64,000 bases of DNA from Octopus bimaculoides (Eukaryota), in the NCBI RefSeq assembly GCF_001194135.2, contig NC_068985.1:105430389-105494388 (forward strand), given 5' to 3'. A model generated the notes under the pieces. The model saw only the letters and a program-made list of their open reading frames with translations, was not told where the DNA came from and made no database searches. Below, in pieces: positions 38,031 to 51,860 of this stretch (its first letter is position 1; each line of letters opens with the position of its first letter). The translations under genes and the position numbers were made by a program.

Positions 38031-40062
38031 TGTGGTAATGAAAAATGAAATTGACACCCAATATTTGCTGTGTGTATGTATCTATGTATGAACTTTTCTA
38101 TGGATTTATGTGTCTACTGTCTCTCTCACTTTGTCTCTTTCTCTTTCACTTCCTTTGTGTCCCTCTTCTCTCCCGCTTTTGATTTAACAATGTGTATATG
38201 TATTTATGTATCTACTTCTCTTGCGATGTGATAAACATTTAAAAGCACAAAACGAACGCCATCACCACTCACTGACTCTTTCACTCTCTCTCTCTCATTC
38301 TCTCTCACTCTCTTTCTTTCTCTCTTACGTCCTCTCTGAAACATTTAAAAACACAAAACGAACGCCGTCACCAATCACTGTCTCTTTCACTCTCTCTCTC
38401 TTTCTCCCTCACTTTCTCTCTCACACTCCCTTTCTCTCTCTCTCTCTCTCTTACTTCCTCTCCGTCCTCCTCTCTCTCGCTTTGCCACTTCTTTCAAGTA
38501 AGTGTGACGCATACAAGAGGTACATATAAAAACAAAAATTTAGCGTATTAATATTATTAATGTTGTATTATTATAATTCAATTGATGTGTTGTTATCACT
38601 CTATTACTTACCTTTTGTCCCTCCAACATAAGATGAATCCGATTGTAATTGTACTCTTTGTAGCATCTATATGCAATGATAATAAATTGAACTCAACTGA
38701 AAAGTAAAATGTTGGCTTCCGGCGAATTGAACCTCCAACTTTCTTTTGTGTCACATAGATCTTTTATTTTTTTACTGTACTTTCTTCTTTGATAACTGAG
38801 GTAGGGTATGAACATCACAAAACCATTTCTTCTTCGCTAAACTCAAAGGCGCCATTTTCTCTTGTTGACGTAGTTCTGAATAAGAGAAATGGAATAACTA
38901 ATTTGATCACACTTCTCTGAGAGAAAATATTGATTAATTTATTTTCTTATTTTCATGTACTTTAATGAAAATAGAAACAGATGAGGAAATATTGTGATGT
39001 ATGCAGTACATAACTACAAGATATTGTAATTTTATTTCTTCCGCTCTGGCTTTCTTCTCTCCGCCAACGCTGACGTTCTTTCAAATGTGCAGTTGTTGGC
39101 TTTTAGTGAGTCTTCTGATTTATGAATAATTACAATTTGCTTTGTCAAGTCTCGTGTCACTGAACACTGTACTATTAGATTTACGTGTTGCTACATTACT
39201 AGTAATGTCAATTGCACACCAGACCTCGTAGAATATAACTAGAGTATTTTCTTGCCACAAGTAAAGACCTTTCCAGTGTGAGATGTTAACCATCTTAATT
39301 GATGAGATCAAAGATTAAACACGGTTACACACGCACACGCAAACACACTCTCTAGTGCACTTACAGAACAAACTACACTGCACAAGCACGCAACCGCACA
39401 CGCACCCCTGTACACATCACCGCACACGTACCTCCACGCACGCACCTCCACACACGCATGCACGCATACATACACGCGCGCACACACTCTCTTTATCTTT
39501 CCTTTCCTCTCTCACATCTAAGAGACAGACCTGAAGGTGACATAGAATAGAGAGGGCATGTCACTGAAGAATTCGTGAATGGTGACGAAAGAAATCTGAC
39601 AAACATAACTGATTGATTGATTATTCAAAAAAATCTATTAGTTAATTGGCTAAATAGTTAATCAATTGACAAACAATAAAGAAGTGAACTAGAACCAGTA
39701 CGTGTGTTTATTATTGACGCAATGACCCTCCCGAGGTTCAACAAAATACTGATAATTGTTACTCAAATACGACTGCGATAACACATTTGGATCAGATTAT
39801 CAACACGCACTAGTAGTAAAATCAAATGGTTTATGACTGGGATAAACCAAATCATAGAATATTATAAATCCTGAATCACCAGGATTTTTTTATGGATACA
39901 CCTCCATCACTTAACCTTTGTAAGTTTTAAGCTGCTCTGTTATTTAGTGTTTGGGATATCAAACCTCTCTCGACATTCTCCTTTATCACAAAACTGCAGC
40001 TATAGGGGATTCGCAGTAAAACTTACAAGTATTTCATGAGAGACTGAACTTTTCTGTTCTGT

Positions 40063-40453
40063 TGTTGTTGTTGTTGGCGCTCCGTCGCTTACGACGACGA
40101 GGATTCCAGTTGATCCGATCAATGGAACAGCCTACTCGTGAAATTAACGTGCAAGCGGCTGAGCACTCCACAGACATGTGTACCCTCAACGTAGTTCTCG
40201 GGGATATTCAGCATGACACAGTGTGACAAGGCTGACCCTTTGAATTACAGGCACAGCAGAAACAGGAAGTAAGAGTAAGAGAAAGTTGTGGTGAAAGAGT
40301 ACACCAGGGTTCGCCACCATCCCCTGCCGGAGTCTCGTGGAGCTTTAGGTGTTTTCGCTCAATAAACACTCACAACGCCCGGTCTGGGAATCGAAACCGC
40401 GATCCTATGACCGCGAGTCCACTGCCCTAACCACTGGGCCATTGCGCCTCCAC
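40063..40453 (-). mobile_element. SINE family C, full-length, with (CAA)n tail and 11-bp TSD
   Basis: Head TGGAGGCGCAATGGCCCAGTGGTTAGGG with B box GGTTTCGATTCC; tail GACGGAGCGCC(AAC)n; TSD TTCTGTTCTGT at 40052-40062 and 40454-40464. Confidence 0.93.
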
Positions 40454-40564
40454 TTCTGTTCTGTACACAAAAAGAAAAATGAATTTTACATCTGTGGTAA
40501 AGATTTATGCAAGAAATAAATATTGTACTTTATATTTTTAAAATTTGTTTTATTTTTTCCCTTG

Positions 40565-40935
40565 TTTCAATGACTGAAGGGTTTACTGGAACAAGTCAAT
40601 CCCAGTACCTGTACTTATCCTATGGGCCTGTTTTGTCAACCCGTTAAGTTACGAGGAAGCAAACAAACCAACAATGGTCGTCAAACACTAGCAAAGACAC
40701 ATACACATATACATAGCAAACACACAAAGACATATACACATACACACGCGTGTGTGCACGTATATATGCATATATATTATGGGCTTCGACGCAGTTTCTG
40801 TCTACCAAGCTACTCACAAGGTATTGGTCCTCCCTGGAATATAGCAGAAGACACTGCTTAAGGTGCTGTGCAGTGAGATTGAACCTAAAACCACATAATT
40901 ATAAAGTGAGCTTCTTAACTGCTCAGCCATGCCTG
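40565..40935 (-). mobile_element. SINE family D, decayed, near full-length
   Basis: Tail TTGTTTCAATGACTG, internal (CA/TA)n, head side GCAGTGAGATTGAACC...CAGCCATGCCTGCGC. Confidence 0.75.
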
Positions 40936-41383
40936 CGCATACTGGGAGAATATTTGGAAACGGTTTCGGAAGCGAACTAGATCTTTTCTCCACGTTATGC
41001 ATCGACTCATTCCTTTCCTTGAAGGATTGTTTTATTATTATTTTTTTTTATAGTTTCTACAGACCTTTAAATCACTCTGAAGTTCTTTAAACAATTATAC
41101 ATAGTTTAATTGATTCTTCTTACCCCTCCGTACTAAATTTGACCTTCAGCCTATTTTGATATCGTCACAAAACTGCCCTCCTCTACGTTTTCCTCACCGC
41201 ACTTAAAATAATCTTCAAAGTTAGACGCCACTGTGATGTCAAAATTACCATAAACGTTATCATATAGAAACAAAACGTGATTTTTAAAAGAATATTTACT
41301 TATAATTCTTATTTTACTTCGTAAACTATTTCTAGAATTTTCAGAGCGCACAATAGCTAGCTATGTTGACGAGTGATTGCTAT

Positions 41384-41427
<44 letters not shown>

Positions 41428-41559
41428 AGGGGAGAAAGAGAGAGAGAGATAGAAAAGGGGAGAAAGAGAGAGAGAGAGAGAAGGGGAGAGAGGGAGAGGT
41501 GAAGAAAATTTTTCAAAAATCAATAATTCTTGATTATAAATACGTGAGACATGCATTAG

Positions 41560-42910
41560 GTATCCACCATGGAGTTATGGTAAGTCTCCAGAGAGTCAAA
41601 TATACGAACAGGTTTCAATTTTCTGTTGAAACCAATTTAATTCTCTTATGTTGATACCTTCGGGATATATATGGACGTCACAAATTCCAATTTCTCAAAC
41701 TCTTTAAATTTGACAACTTTGGTCGATGTAATAAATCAATAAATGCGTGCATTGTGTGTTGTTCTGCGTATATGTAAAATATATATATAAAATCTCGGTT
41801 TCGACCACGAGTCGTATGACCGGTTGTATGATCAACGAAACTGTGTATTCATTGAATCATAGTGTAAATGTAAATTGTATCATAGTGTATTCCGCATGCA
41901 CTTACATCATTAACAAAATCCTCAACCCGACATCCATTGAGCTCTCACGGAGTTTCTATCTAACTAGTTTTATTCAGAATTCAGTTGGCCTGAGTAGAAG
42001 AAACTTATCCAACAGTAAAAAAAAAACTACTCCAGTGTTAGGATTGATTCTATGTCATATTGTTCGGAAAGAGCACTTCTTAATAATTCGATTATGCCTG
42101 CGTTTATACAAATATTCCAAGTCGACAAGTCTTTGCAAAGTGTCACCTCTTGACAAACATCTTACCTCCGCGTGAACATTGATTAAATATTTCACTTTTT
42201 ATATTTCACATAACATTGCAAGCAGCTTTAAATTGAGAAGATGAGCTTTAATTTTATTGATTAACTTTTTATTGATTCGCGTTTTAAGGCAGTTTCTTGG
42301 ATACAAAATCATGACTCTGTAATACGAGGAATAATAGGTACAGCGCGAACATTTTCCTTGAATTTTGTGAGAATACTTCTAAAACAGCCAATTATTGTTG
42401 ATGCACCGTCGGTAGCCATTGCTGTAATATTTCAGAAGGGAATATTGTGCTTTTGGGATACAAGACGGTATAACTGTAGTACACCAAGAAGACAAGGTAC
42501 ATATCCTCTGCAATAGCTAGGTATTATTGTTACACCGTTGGTATCCGTTACTAAAATATTCCAGAAGAGAATAATGCATTTCATCACATAACCAACCAAA
42601 TATTGGAAAGTGTTATTTCATTTCACATAACACTTTTAAAGCAGTCGGCAAACAAACTGCCGTCATTTATACACGTTAGGCTGGAAATATAATATTCAAT
42701 ATAACCATAGAAGTATTTAAACAACTGAAAGTTGACTTACGATTTGGCTACAAAACTTGCAATGTTGAAGCTCAGGTATCATTCTACCTTCCATACAAAT
42801 GTAATGCTTTTTTGCATTGCATTTGTATTTAGCAGCATACACTTTAGAACATTGTTAAGTGTCTTTCTTCATAACAGTTTCATTCACTTCTTTAATTGCA
42901 TGTAATTCAC
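41560..42910 (-). pseudogene. Second hAT (Buster/Charlie-type) transposase relic
   Basis: Minus-strand peptides EVNETVMKKD, NITAMATDGASTIIGCFRSILTKFKENV and HAEVRCLSRGDTLQRLVDL correspond to the ATDGA and HTEVRWLS motifs; many stops. Confidence 0.8.
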
Positions 42911-43599
42911 TTCTTTAATCTATTTACCAATGGAATACGATATATATATTTTTTTTGCGTGTGTGGTGGTAACGATAAGGAGAGATTTTTTTTTTTTTTT
43001 GCTTTATTAAGGAAGTTGTGGTAATGACACCTTTAATCTTTCTTTAATATCGATTTCATATTTGGCAAAAGGCTAGCAATTTCACGGGGAGTGATTAGTC
43101 GATTACATAGCATGCATTTATGATGGCGACTCATTGTCTATCTTCTATTTGAATCTTAAATTACGATTCAACCATAGAGAAATTTTTTTTAATCTTGATT
43201 TTTTTTCATAAAAACAGACACCTCATTAAATTTATACATCTTGTTCAGTTAGTTTGTGTGGTAGTTTGAAGAAAATCAAGCCAACAAGCTCTATTGCAAT
43301 GTCAATGATATGAAAGGAATAGAAAGATCTCCTGAATGTCTGTTGTAATAACGGGTTTTCTGTAATAAAAATACATTAACTCCCAACATGGATCCCACAA
43401 GTAGACTTGCAACATTTGATTAAATGTTGTTTGTTCTGGACGACTATGTGATCTGACAACTACTTTGGACCGAAGCTTTCATTAAGCTCTGTCTTTGATA
43501 AATCGTGGCCTAAACGTAAATTTCTTATGATCTGTAATATATACTATTCCCACCCGTACACACACAGTTCCTGTAATACTGATGCCAATAATGCAAAGA

Positions 43600-43800
43600 A
43601 CTACTTTAACACACAGCCTGACACCACCACCCGACAACTTGTAACGGACTTGACTGGATCGTTCTTCCACTCTAAGCACGAGCTTCTTAGCCTTGGGTCC
43701 AAATTTATCCCAACACAACGGATCGATGACAAACTAATGCTTAATATCAAAACTAATTTCTGCGGTACAGCCCACCAACATAAATGTATATCAAACCTCA
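43600..43800 (+). pseudogene. Probable Penelope-like ORF N-terminal fragment
   Basis: LVTDLTGSFFHSKHELLSLGSKFIPTQR...NIKTNF resembles the PLE N-terminal motif V.NL....L...LL.LG.KF.PT. Confidence 0.5.
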
Positions 43801-44074
43801 ATTGCCACAACAACCGCGTCAATGACTATGATCTGTTCCATTCCAAACCCCATCAAATTTTCCCCCTACTCCCTTAATGACTCCCTTCCCACCCCGTCAA
43901 CCATTAACACAAACGTCGTTTCTATTCCTCCCGATGATAGGCTCAAGTCCATTCAAGATTAAATAAATAGCAGAAAAGTTGCAATCGCAGATGATGCTCA
44001 TAGACTTTCGTCAGGTTCCAAATTGGCACCAGAAATGTATATAGGTTCAAGTCTCTTGCACGCAGTATGTTTGA

Positions 44075-44722
44075 GAGATCATCTAGGGATTTAGAACTGA
44101 TAAAAGATTATAAGTCAAAGCTTTTCGTTTCTCCTATGAAAGAAAGCTACTTGATTGAATTAAAATATAACAGTGAGTCATATCACAAAGTGAAAGCTTC
44201 ATCTATCAGTTTATTTCAAAGTGGATGATCCTCTTTATTATTGTCATGGCATTAATGAACTTTTCGCAAGTTTATCTGAAAAGCATGTTGTTAGCGAACT
44301 GTGATATTTTGTAGATTCATCATTTCTTGGTTTGAAAGCACAATGGTAATTTTAGAACCATCTATCATCGCCTCTCATTCACTGCATTTAAAAGATAAAA
44401 GATTCTTACGTCAAAATGGAGATCCTATTTTTATGAAATTCAATGCAACGATCACCAATGAAATCTTAATCTTAGTTACAGCTGTGTTGATGGGCACGTG
44501 AGGATGATTCCCTGAGCGCTACTGGAACAGGGATGCTTTAACAGGGCATTATAATAGAGAAGACTGGTCAGCCAAGTTTTAATATATTTCTGAAAGAAAC
44601 AGGATTCAAACAGTACCTTTGTTTGATCTGAAGAACATGCTTTTATCATCTCATCACATTAAGCGTGGTTTAATAAAAGTATTTGTTAAGGTCATAAGTA
44701 AAAACAAAAAGGAATTTCAGTC
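44075..44722 (+). pseudogene. DNA transposase relic, CMC/Chapaev3-like (family name from memory)
   Basis: RDLEL..., YFKVDDPLYYCHGINELF...FVDSSFLGLKA..NGN..PSI..SHSLHLK and VPLFDLKNMLLSSHHIKRGLIKVFVK match the widespread pattern FIDSSK.SLKAVLLHNGN...PSIP.AH / PPLHIKLGL.K.FVKA. Confidence 0.7.
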
Positions 44723-44729
44723 TTTCTCA

Positions 44730-45272
44730 TGACTACCTGTCTGATAAGGGTACACTAAGTACATGCATCACAACCATATGTGCGCGATATGTTTATCTCA
44801 TATCAAGATAAAAAGTGCATGACCTTGCAGGTGGGACGCAGTTAGAATTTTCTTCAGGTCGAGTAGCTCATCCTGCTCAAATGGTCTCTGAATAAAGGTT
44901 GTTTTAGGATGTTGAACGAAACACCCATATTTCTAGAGGTGAATTATTCAATCCCCAAAGATTTACTCTCAGCACATGGCTATGATGCTCCCCCACTACT
45001 TCTGCTCATGATCAGAGATGCACATAATGTGAGAACAAAAGAGAACAGTATAGCGTGGTACATAAAGAATTCTACTGAACCATTGCTGCTAGAAGTGAAA
45101 AAGTCAAATCGGATAAAAATTGGACAGTGCAAGGAAAAGTTTGAACACAAAGAGATGCATATTGAAACTGAATGAAGGAAGAAAGAAAAGAAAATATATG
45201 GGCAGTTTTAAGGGACATAAAAGCCGAAACCACTAAGCCGCTAAGAAACATACTCAACTGGTTAAGGTTATT
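44730..45272. mobile_element. Repeat E, second copy, split by an inserted R4/Dong fragment
   Basis: 44730-45026 matches about 30832-31125 and 45236-45270 matches about 31131-31165. Confidence 0.8.
45027..45225 (+). pseudogene. R4/Dong-like non-LTR ORF fragment (post-RT region)
   Basis: ENSIAWYIKNSTEPLLLEVKK...*RKKEKKIYGQFLRDI fits the R4/Dong pattern E..L..Y...S.E.LL..V / W..K.MHGQF.R. Confidence 0.65.
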
Positions 45273-47773
45273 ATTTTTCACTAGAGTTATCATTTATTAC
45301 TATATGACTTACTCGATTTTCTGGCCTTGTATTTATTTCCTCTTTTTTATATAGCATAAAGCAGAGAAGATACAATCACCACGGGAATAAGAAAGCCTAC
45401 GACGATAGTTTTATTATGCTGCCCCCAACTTACATAGATAAATTAGACTATTTGCGATACACACTCAGAATTAAATGACATGGAGTTTGTGGAGTTTAGT
45501 ATCCCATCGCTACGGACACAATGCATTGCTGGTTAATAAGGCAAACCGTTAAACCTTACCCAGTTTGTTCGATACTCCATTAGGCTCAGCATATCGTACC
45601 GTTATATACATTTCTATCACCGTCTCCTATTATCTGGCTGTCAGTGAAAAGAGAAGCGCTTGGGATAAGAATCTGATGAAAGCAAAACCATATTCTCAAT
45701 TGGAAACAGTGCCACGTGGGAAGTATATTGAGTTTAGATGATGTTTCTTCTATCACTTATACAATTATAGACAAGCTTCTTCCAAAAATAGCCAGTTAAC
45801 TTTTGAAATAACACATATGAGGCTGTTTGCCATGGAAAGAAGCTAGGAGCAGCAATGAAATATCACAAGATCAAAAGCAATCTAACCTTGTCCATTTCAC
45901 TACGTATTACGTATTTAAGACTTCAATATTCACACTGGTCGTACAACTCAAACAGTAATTCACACTTGTACCATTCAAGTGTTTGAATTGTGCAAATATC
46001 TGCTAAAATCGTAGTCCAAGATACGGGATGGATTTGATCAAAAGTCAGCTCAATCATGGCTAAGCAACAGCATATAATGCTTCTTTTGTTGAAATAGTAG
46101 GCGGAAATAAAGATTATATTACGCTGAATGAAATTGAAATCAACAGGTGGTGATACTCAGTTAAATAAGCCAATGACCACAACTGTCTAAATACTTTTCG
46201 TGCACGATGATTTATTTATTCGGTGATATTTTGCCTGCGAGCATAATCAATTATATAGCTTCGTAGACTAAGAGGCAAGCTCTGACTAAGCCCGTTCTGT
46301 AACCTACTTTCCATTTTTGCAAGAATTTTTTTCTTTTATTTATTTTACTTTAGTTTCCAGTGCATTTGATAAAGTCGTATTACCAAATAACATTTCACAA
46401 ATCCTGAACTTGTACAAGGAAATTCGTTTTTCAGTTCCCTCCTGAGAAGCGAAAAGTAATGTTTGGATCTCTTTAATATGTATGTGTGCTTTGTGTATAT
46501 ACATACATACATACATACATGCATACATATATATNNNNNNNNNNNNNNNNNNNNNNNNNNNNNNNNNNNNNNNNNNNNNNNNNNNNNNNNNNNNNNNNNN
46601 NNNNNNNNNNNNNNNNNNNNNNNNNNNNNNNNNNNNNNNNNNNNNNNNNNNNNNNNNNNNNNNNNNNNNNNNNNNNNNNNNNNNNNNNNNNNNNNNNNNN
46701 NNNNNNNNNNNNNNNNNNNNNNNNNNNNNNNNNNNNNNNNNNNNNNNNNNNNNNNNNNNNNNNNNNNNNNNNNNNNNNNNNNNNNNNNNNNNNNNNNNNN
46801 NNNNNNNNNNNNNNNNNNNNNNNNNNNNNNNNNNNNNNNNNNNNNNNNNNNNNNNNNNNNNNNNNNNNNNNNNNNNNNNNNNNNNNNNNNNNNNNNNNNN
46901 NNNNNNNNNNNNNNNNNNNNNNNNNNNNNNNNNNNNNNNNNNNNNNNNNNNNNNNNNNNNNNNNNNNNNNNNNNNNNNNNNNNNNNNNNNNNNNNNNNNN
47001 NNNNNNNNNNNNNNNNNNNNNNNNNNNNNNNNNNNNNNNNNNNNNNNNNNNNNNNNNNNNNNNNNNNNNNNNNNNNNNNNNNNNNNNNNNNNNNNNNNNN
47101 NNNNNNNNNNNNNNNNNNNNNNNNNNNNNNNNNNNNNNNNNNNNNNNNNNNTATACATATATAGAAAATATAGGGAGATCAGTTAATTATGATTTTATTC
47201 AACACATTCTTCTCTCAGATTCACACACTTATTGAAGCAGTCCTTCAGTTTTTCTAAACCCTGTAAAAGAACTTAGAGCCAAGAACTTTTCAGCACCCCC
47301 TCGTAGTTAGCTCAGGTTCACGCGAACTAATTGTAGGTCTTTCTTTTCGTTTCTGTTTTTTTTTTTTTTCCTATTTTCTTGCCGAATAAGAACAGGTTAA
47401 GTTTTGGGTGGATGCCAAATAAGGACGTAATCGGAAAAAAACTATGATGATAACTTCAGCACAAAGTCGAATAACTCCGCCCACACACGTCGTAGAGAGT
47501 CAGTTAGCCCTTAATCTTTTGAACTGAAAGCTAATCACTGTGTTTGCTGTATCAAACCTTCTATTTTAATATTAATTTCGGAAGATTTGTAAAGTATATT
47601 TCCCATTTTGCCAGTAATGAAATGCGCATGACTATTAATATTTACCTATGTGTGAATGATGTGTGTATATATGTATGTGTGTATGTTCATAAATATATAT
47701 ATATATATATAATACTCACTAAATGTGACTAGTGTGTTTTCGGACGATTACTGTCCTTGTCAGTATGTATGTT

Positions 47774-48003
47774 ATTTCTTTACTACCCACAAGGGGCTAC
47801 ACACAGAGGGGACAAACAAGGACAGACAAACGGATTAAGTCGATTACATCGACCCCAGTGCGTAACTGGTACTTATTTAATCGACCCCGAAAGGATGAAA
47901 GGCAAAGTCGACCTCGGCGGAATTTGAACTCAGAACGTAGCGGCAGACGAAATACGGCTAAGCATTTCGCCCGGCGTGCTAACGTTTCTGCCAGCTCGCC
48001 GCT
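47774..48003 (-). mobile_element. SINE family B, near full-length (reference copy in this window)
   Basis: Minus strand GCGGCGAGCTGGCAGAAACGTTAGCACGCCGGGCGAAATGCTTAG...GAGTTCAAATTCCGCCGAGGTCGAC...AGCCCCTTGTGGGTAGTAAAGAAAT. Confidence 0.93.
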
Positions 48004-48685
48004 TTGTCAGTATATATGTATGCTATTATGTGCTTTGACTACAGCATTAGAGCGTTTTAGCTCTTATTTCTAGCAATGTAGGTATTTTTAACACACTAGT
48101 CACATTTAGTGACAATTATAGTTTTGTTGTTTGGTGAAACATTGCAAACTGCTGCTTATACTTATTTTCTATATTTGTGTGTTTATGTGTGTGTGTGTGT
48201 GTGTGGAGAGAGAATCTAGCAGACGACCTAAAAATATATCTTGATTAAAGCTTGATGCAATGAAAGAAGAAAGGGCCTGAAGAGACGGTATCAGCACCTG
48301 CGATGCAAGACTGCAAAGCAATTAATCCCTCAAGTTCATTTTTATCCTAAATTTCCTCACTCCCCGACGGAAGACTAAAGTCATGAAACGTTCATCCATA
48401 AACCTCACGGTAAATAAACTTTAGCAATATTCCAAAATTTATATTTATTGATTTTCTTAACGCAGAACACCACCATTTTCGTCAGATTCATTTTATCTCC
48501 ATATTCTGATTTATTTTCGAAGAAAAAAAAAGAAGAAAGAAAGAAACCGTGGTTAAAATCATGTTTATTTAGCAAGTCTGTTGTTAAAATTCGGGCAGCT
48601 AAGCAAACCGGTTGTTAAATTTTGGCAGCTCACCATTATACATATGATGTATGTGTACACACGATCTCAGACACACACGCACGCG

Positions 48686-48718
<33 letters not shown>

Positions 48719-51700
48719 NNNNNNNNNNNNNNNNNNNNNNNNNNNNNNNNNNNNNNNNNNNNNNNNNNNNNNNNNNNNNNNNNNNNNNNNNNNNNNNNNN
48801 NNNNNNNNNNNNNNNNNNNNNNNNNNNNNNNNNNNNNNNNNNNNNNNNNNNNNNNNNNNNNNNNNNNNNNNNNNNNNNNNNNNNNNNNNNNNNNNNNNNN
48901 NNNNNNNNNNNNNNNNNNNNNNNNNNNNNNNNNNNNNNNNNNNNNNNNNNNNNNNNNNNNNNNNNNNNNNNNNNNNNNNNNNNNNNNNNNNNNNNNNNNN
49001 NNNNNNNNNNNNNNNNNNNNNNNNNNNNNNNNNNNNNNNNNNNNNNNNNNNNNNNNNNNNNNNNNNNNNNNNNNNNNNNNNNNNNNNNNNNNNNNNNNNN
49101 NNNNNNNNNNNNNNNNNNNNNNNNNNNNNNNNNNNNNNNNNNNNNNNNNNNNNNNNNNNNNNNNNNNNNNNNNNNNNNNNNNNNNNNNNNNNNNNNNNNN
49201 NNNNNNNNNNNNNNNNNNNNNNNNNNNNNNNNNNNNNNNNNNNNNNNNNNNNNNNNNNNNNNNNNNNNNNNNNNNNNNNNNNNNNNNNNNNNNNNNNNNN
49301 NNNNNNNNNNNNNNNNNNNNNNNNNNNNNNNNNNNNNNNNNNNNNNNNNNNNNNNNNNNNNNNNNNNNNNNNNNNNNNNNNNNNNNNNNNNNNNNNNNNN
49401 NNNNNNNNNNNNNNNNNNNNNNNNNNNNNNNNNNNNNNNNNNNNNNNNNNNNNNNNNNNNNNNNNNNNNNNNNNNNNNNNNNNNNNNNNNNNNNNNNNNN
49501 NNNNNNNNNNNNNNNNNNNNNNNNNNNNNNNNNNNNNNNNNNNNNNNNNNNNNNNNNNNNNNNNNNNNNNNNNNNNNNNNNNNNNNNNNNNNNNNNNNNN
49601 NNNNNNNNNNNNNNNNNNNNNNNNNNNNNNNNNNNNNTGAGTGTGTGCGTGTGTAAATTCACATGCATGCATACCTCCATACATATATGTGTGTGTGTGT
49701 GTGTGTCTGTCTGTGTGTGCTTACATAGCACTTGTGTGAAAATGTTTTCTTTCAAAATTGTATCTGCTTTGTGTAGCAAGTATGCAAATATTCCCGTTTT
49801 AATGCTAATAATTTTCCATTAATCTGACGTGGAACCATATACACAAGCTTTCTAAAATGGTAACTACCAGCTTCGGAATAAACTAATTAATGACTTTCAA
49901 GATCTGTATCGACAGCTTCACACTTATGTCTACAGCGATTGCATAGCAGGCGCCTGTATAGACAGCATAATACGTACCTGACACCCTGATACTTAAATAA
50001 CTTTCATTTCGAGTCTAAGATATAAAGTGAAATAAAAGGAAAAAATCTTAATTGTATTTTTAATGAGAAGAAATATCGGATATCTATAAATGTGAAGTAG
50101 CGTTCTACAGGAAATAGTTCGTAGAACGAAAGGCTTTAAAATATACATTTGCATGCATTTATTTGCTCACTATCACATCCGAGACTGATGTGACAGTTAG
50201 CACGCAAATATATAAAGACGTTTTTTATTAGGTGGCATTTAGAGGTGTTTGTGGGCAGAAAAGTGAACACTACCTGCCTTATTTCTCTTTAAATCTTCTG
50301 AATCGATTATTCTGATGATAATTTATTCAAGCTACTGATTCGATTTACTACACCAGCGTGTTGGATGCATAAATATATATATTACATCCGATATGGTTAG
50401 CTGCGTGAAAATGTACAATAAGCTTCTGGTCTTACCTTCTAATTTACGTTGGTTGCTCGATTTTGTGATGGAATATTCCTAGATTTATTCAAGAATAATT
50501 TAATAATTTCTTTTCCCCGTGTAAACTATTTGAAACACCATAATAATTTGTACAAATATATTAATATATAAAATCATAATGCTGTATTTGGGTCATGATG
50601 TCAATAAAAACACACGCACTGGGTACATTTCACTCAATCTTATTACCAGTCAGTTTGACCAATAATCAACTGACCAAAAGGTTAATCGATTTATCTATCA
50701 AAATCCTTTCCTCACATACTATAGCCTTATCAATGAGTGTGTGCTTCCAAGGACCTCCTTTTCCTTAACACTTATTACATCATTATTGGTTGTCTCACAG
50801 GTTTTGTGATAAGATTCTTATATGTTATTTTATTTCTATAAGTGAATAATATATGTGCGGGCGTGCACATGCGTCAGTTTAGTTCTCGAGCACAAATAAT
50901 CGAAGAATACGAATAAAAATGTTAAATCAGGTTCTTTACCGTCTGCTGTTTACAATGTATGTGTTTTGCATTGCAATGTTGCTATTCTGATATTTGAAAG
51001 ATGAAAGAAGCGAGATAAAGTTCTAGAGACTTTGAGACACAATTAAGTTTAAAATAGGACTAGAAACTCATTTGCCATTAACTGAACGTTCCAAACAACA
51101 TTGGAATTTCCAGTTAGCTTAGTTTGAAAATTTGGTTGGCAGCTGATATAGAATCAACAATCCATTACATTAATCTTTCGACATTCGATTGATATAATTT
51201 TCCAGTAACATCAAAACATTTATAGATGGATTACTTTGAAAACAAAAATCTTTTTTTACATATTTAGAGACAAAACGGCTAGGGAGGATTATATTAGCAT
51301 TAATAGCTCCTTTGATGGAAAATCAAATCATTGTCACACGTACTACACTGTGCTCTCAGAAAGAACAATAAACGTATCGCAATTGTTAACAGAAGTTCGC
51401 TTACTTTCTGTGTCGTTTATTTGTAATTCTGTAAAGTAATATTTAGGTTAAAATTACGGAAACGACCGAAATGAGTTTGTGAGCCAAGCAATCGAAGCAT
51501 CGAGATTCACACGATTCAACAGGGTAAATACTTTCTGGTTAAGTTGCTTACGATCTATTTAGTAAACTGTAGTTTCCATCCGATAGTTTCAATTTCACGG
51601 TAAATAACGTAATGATAATTACTGGGCACGCCAGACAGCAAATATGTGTGCATGTGTGCGCGTTTGTTGTCATATGTGTGTGTGGAAATGTACGTATATA

Positions 51701-51776
51701 TGCATTTATGTATACATACATTTATACATAAACATTACGCATATATATATATGTATGTGTGTGTGTGTGTACACAT

Positions 51777-51860
<84 letters not shown>

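Noticed and set aside
39559-39601. TGTCA-CTGAAGA...GAAA...TC-TGACA hammerhead candidate
   Set aside because: Stem I and the core are present, but stems II and III do not pair. It may be chance or a very old relic.
41151-41351. 66-aa minus-strand ORF with an internal TGCG|GTGAGG donor
   Set aside because: No good acceptor and no recognisable domain.
50436-50525. 90-bp minus-strand segment with donor AAG|GTAAGA
   Set aside because: Stops in all three frames from the acceptor.
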